From the NCBI RefSeq assembly GCF_006345805.1, contig NC_042998.1, forward strand, positions 101,370,001 to 101,434,000: 64,000 nt of DNA. The letters run 5' to 3'. The position numbers and the translations under genes are program-made. The stretch is from Octopus sinensis. Lineage: Eukaryota. Position 1 is the stretch's first letter. Each line of letters begins with the position of its first letter. Shown in pieces: positions 13,149 through 26,377 of this stretch. Below the pieces are notes generated by a model, which worked only from the letters and a program-made list of their open reading frames with translations, searched no databases and had not been told where the DNA came from.

Positions 13149-13845
13149 ACATGTACATACAAGCACGAACACACACGCGCATGCATACGCACGCACGAAC
13201 ACATACACACACAAATGTGATGCAGAAATCCATGCCATTTCAATTTGAGAATAAAAAAGAGCATTCAAAAGCAATATGAAAGCAAAAGCTCAACACTTAC
13301 ATCATACATTTCAATATTTCGACATAAAAAAAGTCTTTATCAGTATGAATGAAAGGTGGTCCAGCCCATTCACAATCTGAACTGATATCAGAGTGGCCAT
13401 TTGGTGCATTATGAACAGATTAATGGTGTTATAATGATTAATTCGCATCCGGAACTTTTGCTTGGTGTTAGATTTCATGAATTAATAATGTTATCTTCTA
13501 AATTCTCAAACTTCCAAATTTCCTTTCTCTGGCGTAGTCGGGGATTAGAATATACATTATTTAATGCAACTGAGCACTAAAAGGGCGTCAGAATTAAGAC
13601 TTAAAGCATTTACTGTTTGTTATATGGTGAACCATGTTAGCTGTAAATGCAAGTCCATAAGAATGAGAGGACAGTTAGTCGGTGTTCATATATTGTTACC
13701 TTGAATGGGCTATATACCCAGATATGTGTTATCATAGGGATGACCCGAGTATGCAGAAGTTCTATACTCAGTTATTTCAACATTTCATTTGGCTGATTGC
13801 TGCGGCAATTCATTCATTAAATTTTGACAACTTCAGAAAAAGCTT

Positions 13846-13897
13846 CATGAAAGAAAATACTGAACATGAAAGAAAATACTGAACATGAAAGAAAATA
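13846..13897 (+). repeat. 19-bp minisatellite, about 2.7 copies
   Basis: CATGAAAGAAAATACTGAA repeated. Confidence 0.9.
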
Positions 13898-15004
13898 GTT
13901 AATATGTTTTATTCCTCAAAGGACTGGCTTTGATCTTCCCTAAAATGTACAGATTTGAAGAGTTGATGATTAATAAGCAAAATTCCTAAATCATCTGGCA
14001 TGACGGCTAGCATGGCGGCTTCGTTTTCTAAGAATCTTTATTCGAATATTCCTCAACTTTCATAACAGCAACAACATTGGATAATGTAAATTAAAAGAAC
14101 AATATATATACATTAAAAAGACGAGATAATCATGATGGGAGACGCTTTAGATTACAGACCCGTTAGATCAAGGCAGATCTGGACTAAACAAGAACAAAAA
14201 TAATAATAACAACAACAACAATATTGGCAGCAATGATAAGAATAATTGCAGTAAGAACAGTAACTGGAGGACGAATATGAACTATATTCAACATGACTTT
14301 TTCTGAATTCAATTATACTGTTCCATATTAAAATACTATTTTCCTACAGAGAAAAATGATTTTTTCCACCGTGTCAGCTTTCAAAAGAAATATGGCCGCT
14401 TTCGGGAAACATATAGCATGTCGTATATGATTTATTTACAATATCATAATTGGTTTTGAAGTGCAATTACCTTACTTAATATATGCTACTTTATTACATG
14501 TCACTAATACATCGTATCGTTTTGTAGTGGCGTCACTACATTTATAATTCATTTATGGCCTGCATATTGCTTATATGCTCTTTCACTGTGTTAAATTGTT
14601 TTTCTCGTCATAAGGAAATAAATAAAACAAGTGCCTACTTAGACATTTATTATTTTACTGGCTATATTTATTAAACAGTCATATTTGAGAATCGCGATTA
14701 TTGGTAAAGCCGATTAAATCGATCTCAATAAATGCTTGTAGACTAGCATTCCTTTCATCGACCTTGGAAGGTTGATAGGCAGTCGGCCTAAGAACCAAGT
14801 AACCAAATAATTACATACACTTACAGACATGAGCGCTCACTCACACGCACATATATCTGGGTTATAACCAATAGAACTGAAGGAACTCAGTACATATTGG
14901 AGAATATAATTATTAGTCTTTTCGATCTTTGAATCTCTGGAAACTTCCGAGCAGCGACGTAAGGCATGAGCCGAATAAATATATACATATCTCTCTCTCT
15001 CTCG

Positions 15005-15035
<31 letters not shown>

Positions 15036-16199
15036 AGCCATAATATTGGCGGCAAACAGTTTTTAAGCATAAGTAAAGTTTAGGTCAGGTAAAATATATT
15101 TTTGACATATTCCAACTGTTAAAAAGCAAATTCACTACAGTCATCGCGAAGAGAATTTGCTCTTTTAGTAAAAAGGTGTGAAAACATCATATCTGTCCAA
15201 TGTCACCATCTATCAGGATTCCCAGGCATCGATGTTTTTAGTTCTGTAGCCGTTATCAATGGAAATAACTAATCTAAACTTTTCATATGTCTAAATATTG
15301 CTTGGCGCTGATAATACGGTAATTCCCACAACCTCGGCTATCTGCTGACGCAAATCGATCAATGTCGTTGACTATTTTAGTTAAAGCTATAATTTAATAA
15401 AGTCTGTCCAGAGTTGCCTCTCTTGATTATTTCCCATTGATAAAGGCTAAGGAACTAAAGACATCAATGTCTGGAAATCCAGAAAGATGGCGACACTGGA
15501 CAGATATGGTGTTTTTACACCGTGTTACCACAATAGAAATTTTTCTCCGCGGTAACGGCAAAGAATTTGTCTTTTAGCGGTTGAAATACGCCACGAACAT
15601 ATTTTAACTAAACTTTGCACACACACACACACAACACACACACACACACACACCACACACACACACACACCACACACATGTACCAGTTATAAGATCCATA
15701 AAGAAACAAAGAATATCAAACTGGCTAGAAATAATCCCGCAGAGCAACGGTGAAGTAATACATTATCAGCGCGGAAGGTTATCGATGATGACAAGACACT
15801 GTTGGTGTTTAATATGCATTTCCAATGGTATGCAAAGTATTAAATGAAGAGTAAAATATCTAGTGTGGCGCAAAATAAAATAAAACGAATGGATTTTCGG
15901 GTGCTGCTACAACTGTTTCGCTTGCAGTTTTTATCTTGATGTAAGCATAATACAATTATTCAGGTTATGCAATACTCTAAACAACTCTGAATCTCGTCAG
16001 TGAGGTTCTCAAAAGAAAGTGATGCAACGCCTTCTCATGCATAGTCGATTGAAATGGTTTTCGTTCATAGTAAGTATTTAATGTATAAACCACGAGAATG
16101 ATCTCAAATCGCATTTTAGAGATGAAAATTAAACATTGCAATTCAAGGAGCTTGATGCTTTACTTTTTTTTTTGATTTCCACAATTCTCCCATTCTATA

Positions 16200-16409
16200 A
16201 TATTGGTTTCAAATCTTGACACAAGATCAGCAATTTTGTGGGTGGAGATGATTACATTAGCCCCTATACTCAACTGCTACTTATTTTATCGACCCCGAAA
16301 CAATGAAAAGTAAAGTGGACCTCAGCGAAATTTGAACTCAGAACGTAACGTCAGACGAAATGCTGCTAATATTTTGCCAGGCGTGCTAACGATTCTGTCA
16401 GCTGCCGGC
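16200..16409 (-). mobile_element. tRNA-derived SINE family C (Meta-domain-like core)
   Basis: TTTATCGACCCCGAAA...AATTTGAACTCAGAACGT...GTGCTAACGATTCTG is the reverse complement of 34963-35193. Confidence 0.8.
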
Positions 16410-18796
16410 TTTAAACATCTACTATAATGTTAGGAACAACGAATAGTGACCCGAATCGGGACGACACTCGTAAGCGTTTTTTCTAATCAAGTAATATCAG
16501 TAATAACGTTGGCACAGGCAAGCTTTGAACTCTGAAACTAAAGTAAAATAACTAAATGATCCAATCTAATACTTTGTCTATTGAGACAATGTATTACAGT
16601 ATCTATTTTTCATGATTTGAGTAGAATTTATTGCAAGATAAAATGGTTGTCTACGAGCCTCCTGTGACCTAAAATAGTTGACTTTATGTCCACTCAGGAA
16701 AAACAATGACTCAGCAATATATTTCAATTTTCGATGGATATGACTCGAAGAAATCAAAAACGGAGGAGCCGCAAGTCAGTTATTCAAAAAGCTAGTAATT
16801 ACAGCCAAAGCTTACAGTTTTAAAAGAAGGACACAGTAGTTGTTATAATTCGACACAACTCGCCTTACCTTGCGTTTACAGATCCTGGTCAGAGTCTTCG
16901 TGACATACTGCGTGTCTTGAGCATGTTTAGACCTGTCAGAGCTCATTCCTCTCGATTTCAATCCACAGCCGAATTCTTCCATAAAATCAGAAACACAGAA
17001 AGGAAGAAAGACAAGAAACGACCCCAGTGCTGGACTGTTACTTTGTCGACCACGAACATTGAAAAGACAATCATATCTTGACGAAATTTGAACTCAGAAT
17101 GCAAAAACGTATGCTCAAAACATAAAAATGAGAACGTCATGGCAACAAATCTTTCCCCACACCAATCTCTTCGGTTAAGACAGAGTTGGGAGATTAAACG
17201 ATAGCAGCAGCAGCAGCAGCAATAACCATATCGTATATACAAGAATTGAACATTACTATACCAATCAAATTCTATGTATGATTTAATTTCATTTCTCCGG
17301 TGTAATTTCCTGTATCTGAACGTTTATACATCTGAGATGAGTTATTAGACAAGCACAAAACACTAATCGGATTATGAAACCACACCTTTTTCCAGTGGAC
17401 ATTATGAAATTAAAAACATAATAACAAACAATGAAGATATTCACTTAATCGATGTGTAACTCTGTTACAGTTATTATGACCTTTAATGTGTCTAGTTGGA
17501 TTTAATTTCATCCATTCTCTCGTCCTGTTCATGGAAATTACTCAGTTTGGTTTATAACAATCTTGCCAGATACTTCAATATTAATTATCTCAACTGTAAT
17601 TTAGAATTCTTAGACGAAGGCTGCAAATTAGCTTCAGAAAATACTCTGATAATTGGCATTGGTTCTAGAATAAGAGCTATTATCATAGTAATTGAAATAT
17701 GTGGACTGGTTTCGTTTCACGGTTATCTATTTATGTTGTATCGCTACTGATGAATAATAATTAGTTCACTACAGGTTTCCAACGAGTCAATCACTGCAAC
17801 TGACCGCATTAGTGAAAGCGAAAATGACCAGGGAGTGTCTATGACTCCAGATAGAACTAATATCTCAAATAACTTGATTCATAAAAAACAGACATTTTAA
17901 TATCCTTACTCTCATTTATAATGTACGAAAAACAGACTGATACACAGACACACAGACAAACAGACAGGCACACACACTCACATGCACTAGGGTTGTGTAT
18001 CTGTGTGTGCATGTGTGTGTGAGTGTGTATAGTATAGTATAGTATGAATCAAACAAATTCCACTCAGTTCAAAAAATATTAACCAGTCTGAGTGAATAAT
18101 AGAAATGCAAAACACTTGATTCAAGGCCTCGAACCTAAATATGACTATTATATTGTATGATGTAGCAAGGGCAGTTGTATTTCTTGTTAGTTTCTGAAAA
18201 GCGCAAGCTACGCTCGATGTCTTCATTCCTATCTTGACTCAAAATATAAGGCTTTCTTTTAGATCTATATCAAAAGTGAGTAACAAACGCTTCTTGCAGG
18301 ATCCCTGAACTATGTATAAGAGAAAGAGGGTGTCATCTTCGGACTGAAAACCTAGCTTAAATAAATGCAACGGAGGGGATTTCGCTAAGCACACCAAGAT
18401 ACCCAATGGCTAAGTGTTGGTGTTGAACATCGTGACAAATCAAAACATAGGAACAATCTCTTCGACAGAATTCCATAGATTTTGTCTCCTCATTACATAT
18501 ATACATATACATACGTATATGAATATACATAAAATCTAATTATACACACATGCATGGAGGACGTTGGAGGACTGGAAGCTGTGTGAATATTGGAAGAGTG
18601 TTACTTGTAGCATGATGATGTGCGCCGGGCATCAAAATGTCGAAATTATGACTGTTGCTTCGTGTCCTGTGAACATTATAAAGGCTGTATGATGCGACAT
18701 GTTCATTAGGAAAACCATGCTACCCTAAACTGTGATGGTACATGTACATACGAACATACATGCATACATACATACACACAAACACACACACACACG

Positions 18797-19366
18797 TCAA
18801 AATAATTTCATTCAAATCCGTTGATACTTTTGAGTTTCAAGCGTGATGCTAGTCATCAGCCATTTTGAATTTGAATGACAGAAGTTGATTGTTATTACCG
18901 TAAGGTGAGCGCGCACGCGCACGTCTGCGCGCACACACATACACAGGCGCGCGCGTGTGTGCAGACGAGCACGAGCGCACCCATGTACAGATGCGCACTC
19001 TCACATCAATATACACATGCAGGCAAAACTATATGAGCGTGTCTACTCACCCATATATAGAACTATGCATTTAGACATGCCGTCCTTCCTATCCTACGCC
19101 AACAACTTGACCAACTTCCTAATCGCTACGAGGTCTATTTCCTGTCCTCCCCGAGGTCAATTTCCTGTTCATAATGCGGTATTTTCCAACTAACTGTTAC
19201 CCACATACCAACATCAGAGGACGACACCGCGTGACCTTTCTCGACCAATCGCAGTGCACCTTGCAGTAATAGCAACCAACTTCGACATTCAAATTCAAAA
19301 TGGCTGACGACTAGCATCACACTTGAAACTTAAGAGTACCAACGAATTTGAATCAAACTGTTTTGA
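18797..19366. mobile_element. MITE/fold-back element with about 110-bp imperfect terminal inverted repeats
   Basis: 18797-18907 versus 19257-19366, e.g. TGATGCTAGTCATCAGCCATTTTGAATTTGAATG / CATTCAAATTCAAAATGGCTGACGACTAGCATCA. Confidence 0.85.
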
Positions 19367-19436
19367 GCCATACATGTAACTCCCAATAAATTGGTTGAGT
19401 GCCTTCTTTCGTTTGTGTCCACTCATTCGTATATGC

Positions 19437-19503
<67 letters not shown>

Positions 19504-19590
19504 TTGTCTGTCTATCTATCTATCTATCTATATATCTATCTATCTCTACACACACACAGACACACACATATGTATATATATATATTAATG

Positions 19591-19739
19591 TATACGACGG
19601 GTTTCTTTCAGTTTCCGTCTACCAAATCCACACATAAGGCTTTGGTCGGCCCAAGGCTATAGTAGAACGTGACACGCAGTGGGACTCAACCCGGAACCAT
19701 CTGGTTGGTAAGCAAGCTTCTTGCTACACGCCCACTCCT
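19591..19739 (-). mobile_element. SINE family A, 5' half with an internal deletion
   Basis: CTTTCAGTTTCCGTCTACCAAATCCAC...GGGACTCAACCCGGAACC. Confidence 0.85.
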
Positions 19740-20399
19740 ATACACACACGCACACACATAAGTGAAATATATTAAAGGCGCCAAATTGTTATATTTTAGA
19801 GGATGTCTGATGAAGAATCAGCTACGAATTTTCTGTCTTTTAAATTCTTTGAACATTATTTAATGTAAAGTCACGCACATCTCTCTTATTTTGTTATTCA
19901 TTCTGTAGAGTATTCAGCTGAATAGTTTTTGCGACGTGTATTTCTGTCTCTTCTCTCTTTCTTTGTCACACTTTTGCCTTCCTCTATCTTTGTCTGTGTC
20001 TCTTTCTCTTTCCCTCTGTAATACTTTCCTCTTTGCTGCTTCTGTCTCTCTGCCCCCACCGCTCTTTCTTTCCTCACACTACCCCGTGACTCGTCACCAT
20101 TCACATTTCTCTCGTCCATCTTTTCTCCACACCTTTGCCACGTTCAGTCACGCTTCTCTCCGCTTTTATTTACACTGTTTGTTTTCTTCACCATTTTTCT
20201 GACTTTCCACCTGTCCATTTCTCATTTCCAGTCCTGCAGGTAATTTTCCGTTGTGTTTCCTCACACACATGTATCTTGCGGCTGCACGGCCTTTTTTCTT
20301 TGTATCTGTATAATTATTTTATGTCGCTATGCTTGTTTACATCATTGTCTTGTACGTTAGCTATTCTCACTGGCTTCTTGCCGGTGATGTCACCAAAAG

Positions 20400-20458
20400 T
20401 AAATATTTTCGTTAAATGCGCGAAATTATTATGATCTTTTGGACGATGACTGATGAGG
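20400..20458 (+). ncRNA. Degenerate non-circularly permuted hammerhead-like motif
   Basis: TAAAT-A-TTTTCG-ttaaat-GCGC-GAA-ATTAT-(14 nt)-CGATGA-CTGATGA-G. Same spacing as 33240 and 40336; stem I 5/6 pairs, stem III 3/5. Confidence 0.4.
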
Positions 20459-20592
20459 AATTAGCTACGAATTTTCCTTTTGCTGTGCTTTTGTTAAGCA
20501 TTATGTATGTATGCATGCATGTATGTATGTATGTATGTAGTATGTATGTATGTATGTATGTATGTATGTATGTATGTATGTATGCATGTATG

Positions 20593-20703
20593 TCATTATT
20601 CAGTTTTATTTCAAGATTTCTTGCCAATAGAGAAAAAGCCGGACTCTAACCTAGAACCAAGGTTCCTTCATTGGAATTTCAACAGCAGCAACAAGGTATT
20701 TTT
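20593..20703 (-). mobile_element. About 110-bp repeat embedded in (TACA)n; probable R4/Dong-like 3' terminus
   Basis: Homologous to 23926-24033, 25881-25988 and 61250-61360 (CTATTGGCAAGAAATCTTGAAATAAAA..AATAATGA). Confidence 0.75.
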
Positions 20704-20887
20704 GCATGTATGTATGAATGTATGCATGAATTTATGTATGTATGTATGTATGTATGTATGTATGTATGTATGTATGTATGTATGTATGTATGTATGTATG
20801 TGTGTATGTATGCACACATGCACATTTTAAAGTTTTGCTATATATATGTATTCCTATAATTTTCCTGCATTACTATCCTGTATATCG

Positions 20888-20938
<51 letters not shown>

Positions 20939-21370
20939 AAATAAGCAACAAGGATATCCAAAGGTAATGCAGTACGATCGTTTCATGCGACTCCATTTAA
21001 TTGAACAACATTACATCAATTTAAATGCAGGGCAATCTTCAGATGCACAAAAAACACAAAGTTTAATTAAATTTGAATGACATAGTATAATTTTATCCAA
21101 AATCTCCAACAGGATAAGGATATAGACAAAGAACATGTTTTACTATCACAGTTGTAACTGCTTTTCACTGATTATTTCTATTATTCATATTTAATTACGG
21201 GGGTGGGAGGCAGTTTTAATTTTATAGGCTAGTTTATCAAATCTGAGAGAAGAGAGAAGGTAGTATCACTTTTACTTTAAATTGTATGGATAATAACCAT
21301 ACTAAATTCTGGTGCCTCAACTTAAGTACCATATTCATCTGAATCTAAATTTTTACTGAACTTATCTACC

Positions 21371-21409
<39 letters not shown>

Positions 21410-21412
21410 TGT

Positions 21413-21450
<38 letters not shown>

Positions 21451-21455
21451 GTATA

Positions 21456-22327
21456 TGGTGCATTGAATAAACGGTCACCAAAATTACTCAAAGTGGAAAA
21501 TAACACTGATATCTCATTTTAATAGATATGATTACCAAAATTACATTAAAATATTTTGAAATGCTAAAGGGTAAATCTATTCAATAAATCACCATTGGCT
21601 TCCATTACGGTCTCCAGATGACTTCGGAATCTCTTACAACTCTTCTGGAAGGTCTCCTTGTTTGTGAATGCTCTCAGAATCCTTACCTTCAGTTCATCTT
21701 TGGTGTTACAAGGAGTTTTGTTGATTTCTCGCTCAACTGCATCCCAGATATAATATTCAAGGGGGTTGCAGTCTGGGCAAGTAGGTGGCCAGATGTTAAG
21801 GGTGATGTGGTCGGTCGTAGAAATTGTCTGACTGCCATGACTGGGTTTTCCTGCTTGTGTCGCATTGTTCAGTGTCTTGTTGTCAGGTACATGATCTTTC
21901 AGCAGTTACTGTCTTGACCCAGACAGCACTACCTCCTCCAGGCACTTGACATAGGCCTCTGTATTGAGTGTGAGGCTGTGTGGGAAGATGAATAGAGGCA
22001 TAACGTCACCATCACTAGTAATCGCTCCAAACACCATGATATTGATTGGACGTTTGATTTTTATTTCTCTCTGTAGATATCCTCAGATTGCACTGTCCTG
22101 AGATTGATACCTGAACTCTTTGAAATGTTCGTATTGGAGCTTCCGGCGTGAATGCCAAGCAGTACAGCATGCAGTTTCCAAATTTCTGGCTGAGTGAACT
22201 GTGTCATGGTGCTGTTTCTCTCACAGACGATGTCCAACTGAACCTACTGTACAATGTAGTCGACAAAATGCAAAACACGCATACGGAAATTAGAAATATG
22301 AAATGGCGACAACTCATCCATCGCACA

Positions 22328-22328
<1 letters not shown>
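21456..22328 (-). mobile_element. Internally deleted Tc1/mariner transposon (maT/DD37D-like)
   Basis: Minus strand INIMVFGAITSDGDVMPLFIFP...EAYVKCLEEVV...WPPTCPDCNPLEYYIWDAVEREINKTPCNTKDELK...EANGGFIE*. N-terminal piece MTQFTQPEIWKLHAVLLGIHAG. Imperfect TIRs of about 24 bp; TA flanks. Confidence 0.85.
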
Positions 22329-22371
<43 letters not shown>

Positions 22372-22428
22372 TATATATATATAAAAACATATATATATAT
22401 ATATATATATAATATATATATATATATA

Positions 22429-24329
22429 CTTATATATATAAACATATATATATATATGTTATGTGTCTGTTTGTATATTTACGTATGTGTATCTGTGTTG
22501 TGCACGTGTTTGTACGTGAATACGTTTATGCGCATGTCTATATGTATCTATCTATATCTTGCGTGTATTTGTGTATGTGCGTATTTGTTGCTGCACATGC
22601 ACATGTGTCTCTTCTGCTGGACTGATACAGATGTTCTGTTTTTTTTTTAAAAATAATAATAATAATACAATTCTATATAATTTCTTTCTTTTCGGTTTTC
22701 TTGCCTCATTTTCTCCTTTGTCCTTATTTCTTTGCTTTCTAGTAGCATTCTTCTGATTCATAACACTCTAACACCAGATGTTCTCCTATTTTTCTTTATT
22801 CTATTCTTAGCTTTTACTCTCTATCGAACCGTTTTCGGCGAGACTTCCAAGTGACGTTCATTGATGTCTAATACGTATAGTTTGTGACTAACAATTGGAT
22901 GACAACGTTATGCAGCACAGAATTTAAACTGAAATTCTTTTTTTCCGCTACATCTCTTATGTTTTTCTTTTTATATTGAATAATATTGAAAAATATGAAG
23001 TTAACAACGACGGATAATGTTTATGTTAGACTACAATTTAAACTTTAGCAAAGTTGCAACAGAGAAAACTTAGCATAATTATCCTGGAAATATACATTGA
23101 AGCATTAATGTGAAAACATTACACCACTTTCAAGTATTTATGATCGTTCAGAAATTTAAATTGAAGTACATATACCCCAACTTTCACTAGAAAACACTAT
23201 ATAAACATGATGATATTGTTATTAAGAACATAGGTTGAAAATACCAAAAAATTCTGCTATAAATATTTGTCTCTAATTATATATTACCTAAAATATAAAA
23301 GTAACTTTGTTCAAAAATAAATTGTGTTTCGATTTTTTTTCGAAGAAATATATAAGTATCTAAAATAACATTGATGCCAAAGTAACAATTTTAGATTCAC
23401 ACACACCTACACACACGCACACACACACAAACACGCACACACACACGCATAATTTACGTAAAAGTGTACTTAGTCAAGTACTATGTATAGCTATATCTTG
23501 CGATCACCACTACTTTATAGTCTCCCCATCTTCCTAACACTCCTGTGCGACCCTCTGTTCGGTATTCGCCATGATAGATCGCTAGCCACTACGCATTCTT
23601 TATTTTCTCTCCTTGTTTCTTTCCGAGTTCCTTTCTGTGGAAGAGCGTAGGCTCGAAACGTTAAAGACTTCTTCACTTTCCGAGCGTTAAACTAATACAT
23701 CTTTTGTCTTTTTTTGTGTGAATTCTCCCTATATATATAAATACATATGTGCGTGTTTGTGCATATACATATTCATGTATATGTATATGTATATTTATAT
23801 ACATATACATATACATGAATATGTATATGCACAAACCAGTAGATGCACACCAAAAGCCATTACATACATACATACATACATATGTAAAACATTGTACGAA
23901 TCTGCACGTATACATATATACATAGAAAATACCTTGATAGTATTGACATTCCAATGAAGGGGGTCTTAGATCTAGGCTAGAAATCGACTCTTTCTCTATT
24001 GGCAAGAAATCTTGAAATAAAAATAAATAATGACATACGTATATATCAACATATGTAAGTAAGAGAATGACAAAGAAACAAGAATTATGTAATCAACTTC
24101 GTTAATCACTTCATTTTAAAGCTCTGAGGAAGGTACAAGGTGATGCAGAAGAACTCAGCTCTGAGTGCAACGCATCTTATAGTAGAAACAGCAGTAAGCT
24201 AATGAAGTTGACTAATTAATTTCTGTCCTTGCCATTCCCTTAATTTCATATTATGCCCTGAAGGACACTTACATTGAGTCCTGACAATAGGTTCTAAATA
24301 TTGGTATGCAGTATATATATATATATTAT

Positions 24330-24380
<51 letters not shown>

Positions 24381-26265
24381 TTATATATATAAACATATAT
24401 ATATATATGTTATGTGTCTGTTTGTATATTACGTATGTGTATCTGTGTTGTGCACGTGTTTGTACGTGAATACGTTTATGCGCATGTCTATATGTATCTA
24501 TCTATATCTTGCGTGTATTTGTGTATGTGCGTATTTGTTGCTGCACATGCACATGTGTCTCTTCTGCTGGACTGATACAGATGTTCTGTTTTTTAAAAAA
24601 AATAATAATAATAATACAATTCTATATAATTTCTTTCTTTTCGGTTTTCTTGCCTCATTTTCTCCTTTGTCCTTATTTCTTTGCTTTCTAGTAGCATTCT
24701 TCTGATTCATAACACTCTAACACCAGATGTTCTCCTATTTTTCTTTATTCTATTCTTAGCTTTTACTCTCTATCGAACCGTTTTCGGCGAGACTTCCAAG
24801 TGACGTTCATTGATGTCTAATACGTATAGTTTGTGACTAACAATTGGATGACAACGTTATGCAGCACAGAATTTAAACTGAAATTCTTTTTTTCCGCTAC
24901 ATCTCTTATGTTTTTCTTTTTATATTGAATAATATTGAAAAATATGAAGTTAACAACGACGGATAATGTTTATGTTAGACTACAATTTAAACTTTAGCAA
25001 AGTTGCAACAGAGAAAACTTAGCATAATTATCCTGGAAATATACATTGAAGCATTAATGTGAAAACATTACACCACTTCAAGTATTTATGATCGTTCAAA
25101 ATTTAAATTGAAGTACATATACCCCAACTTTCACTAGAAAACACTATATAAACATGATGATATTGTTATTAAGAACATAGGTTGAAAATACCAAAAAATT
25201 CTGCTATAAATATTTGTCTCTAATTATATATTACCTAAAATATAAAAGTAACTTTGTTCAAAAATAAATTGTGTTTCGATTTTTTTTCGAAGAAATATAT
25301 AAGTATCTAAAATAACATTGATGCCAAAGTAACAATTTTAGATTCACACACACCTACACACACGCACACACACACACACACACAAACACGCACACACACA
25401 CGCATAATTTACGTAAAAGTGTACTTAGTCAAGTACTATGTATAGCTATATCTTGCGATCACCACTACTTTATAGTCTCCCCATCTTCCTAACACTCCTG
25501 TGCGACCCCTCTGTTCGGTATTCGCCATGATAGATCGCTAGCCACTACGCATTCTTTATTTTCTCTCCTTGTTTCTTTCCGAGTTCCTTTCTGTGGAAGA
25601 GCGTAGGCTCGAAACGTTAAAGACTTCTTCACTTTCCGAGCGTTAAACTAATACATCTTTTGTCTTTTTTGTGTGAATTCTCCCTATATATATAAATACA
25701 TATGTGCGTGTTTGTGCATATACATATTCATGTATATGTATATGTATATTTATATACATATACATATACATGAATATGTATATGCACAAACCAGTAGATG
25801 CACACCAAAAGCCATTACATACATACATACATACATATGTAAAACATTGTACGAATCTGCACGTATACATATATACATAGAAAATACCTTGATAGTGTTG
25901 ACATTCCAATGAAGGGGGTCTTAGATCTAGGCTAGAAATCGACTCTTTCTCTATTGGCAAGAAATCTTGAAATAAAAATAAATAATGACATACGTTATAT
26001 ATCAACATATGTAAGTAAGAGAATGACAAAGAAACAAGAATTATGTAATCAACTTCGTTAATCACTTCATTTTAAAGCTCTGAGGAAGGTACAAGGTGAT
26101 GCAGAAGAACTCAGCTCTGAGTGCAACGCATCTTATAGTAGAAACAGCAGTAAGCTAATGAAGTTGACTAATTAATTTCTGTCCTTGCCATTCCCTTAAT
26201 TTCATATTATGCCCTGAAGGACACTTACATTGAGTCCTGACAATAGGTTCTAAATATTGGTATGC

Positions 26266-26266
<1 letters not shown>
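22429..26266 (+). repeat. Tandem duplication, two near-identical units of about 1.9 kb (22429-24310 and 24380-26266) separated by (TA)n
   Basis: Offset about 1951-1956 bp; differences are mostly 1-2 nt indels. Confidence 0.95.
23631..23666 (+). ncRNA. Type I hammerhead-like motif with non-canonical core (CUGUGGA); duplicate at 25587-25622
   Basis: CTTT-CTGTGGA-A-GAGC GTAG GCTC-GAA-ACGT-T-AAAG. Confidence 0.5.
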
Positions 26267-26305
<39 letters not shown>

Positions 26306-26345
26306 GGGTTGCCGAGTGTGCAAAAAAGAATACAACCGTAACTCT

Positions 26346-26377
<32 letters not shown>

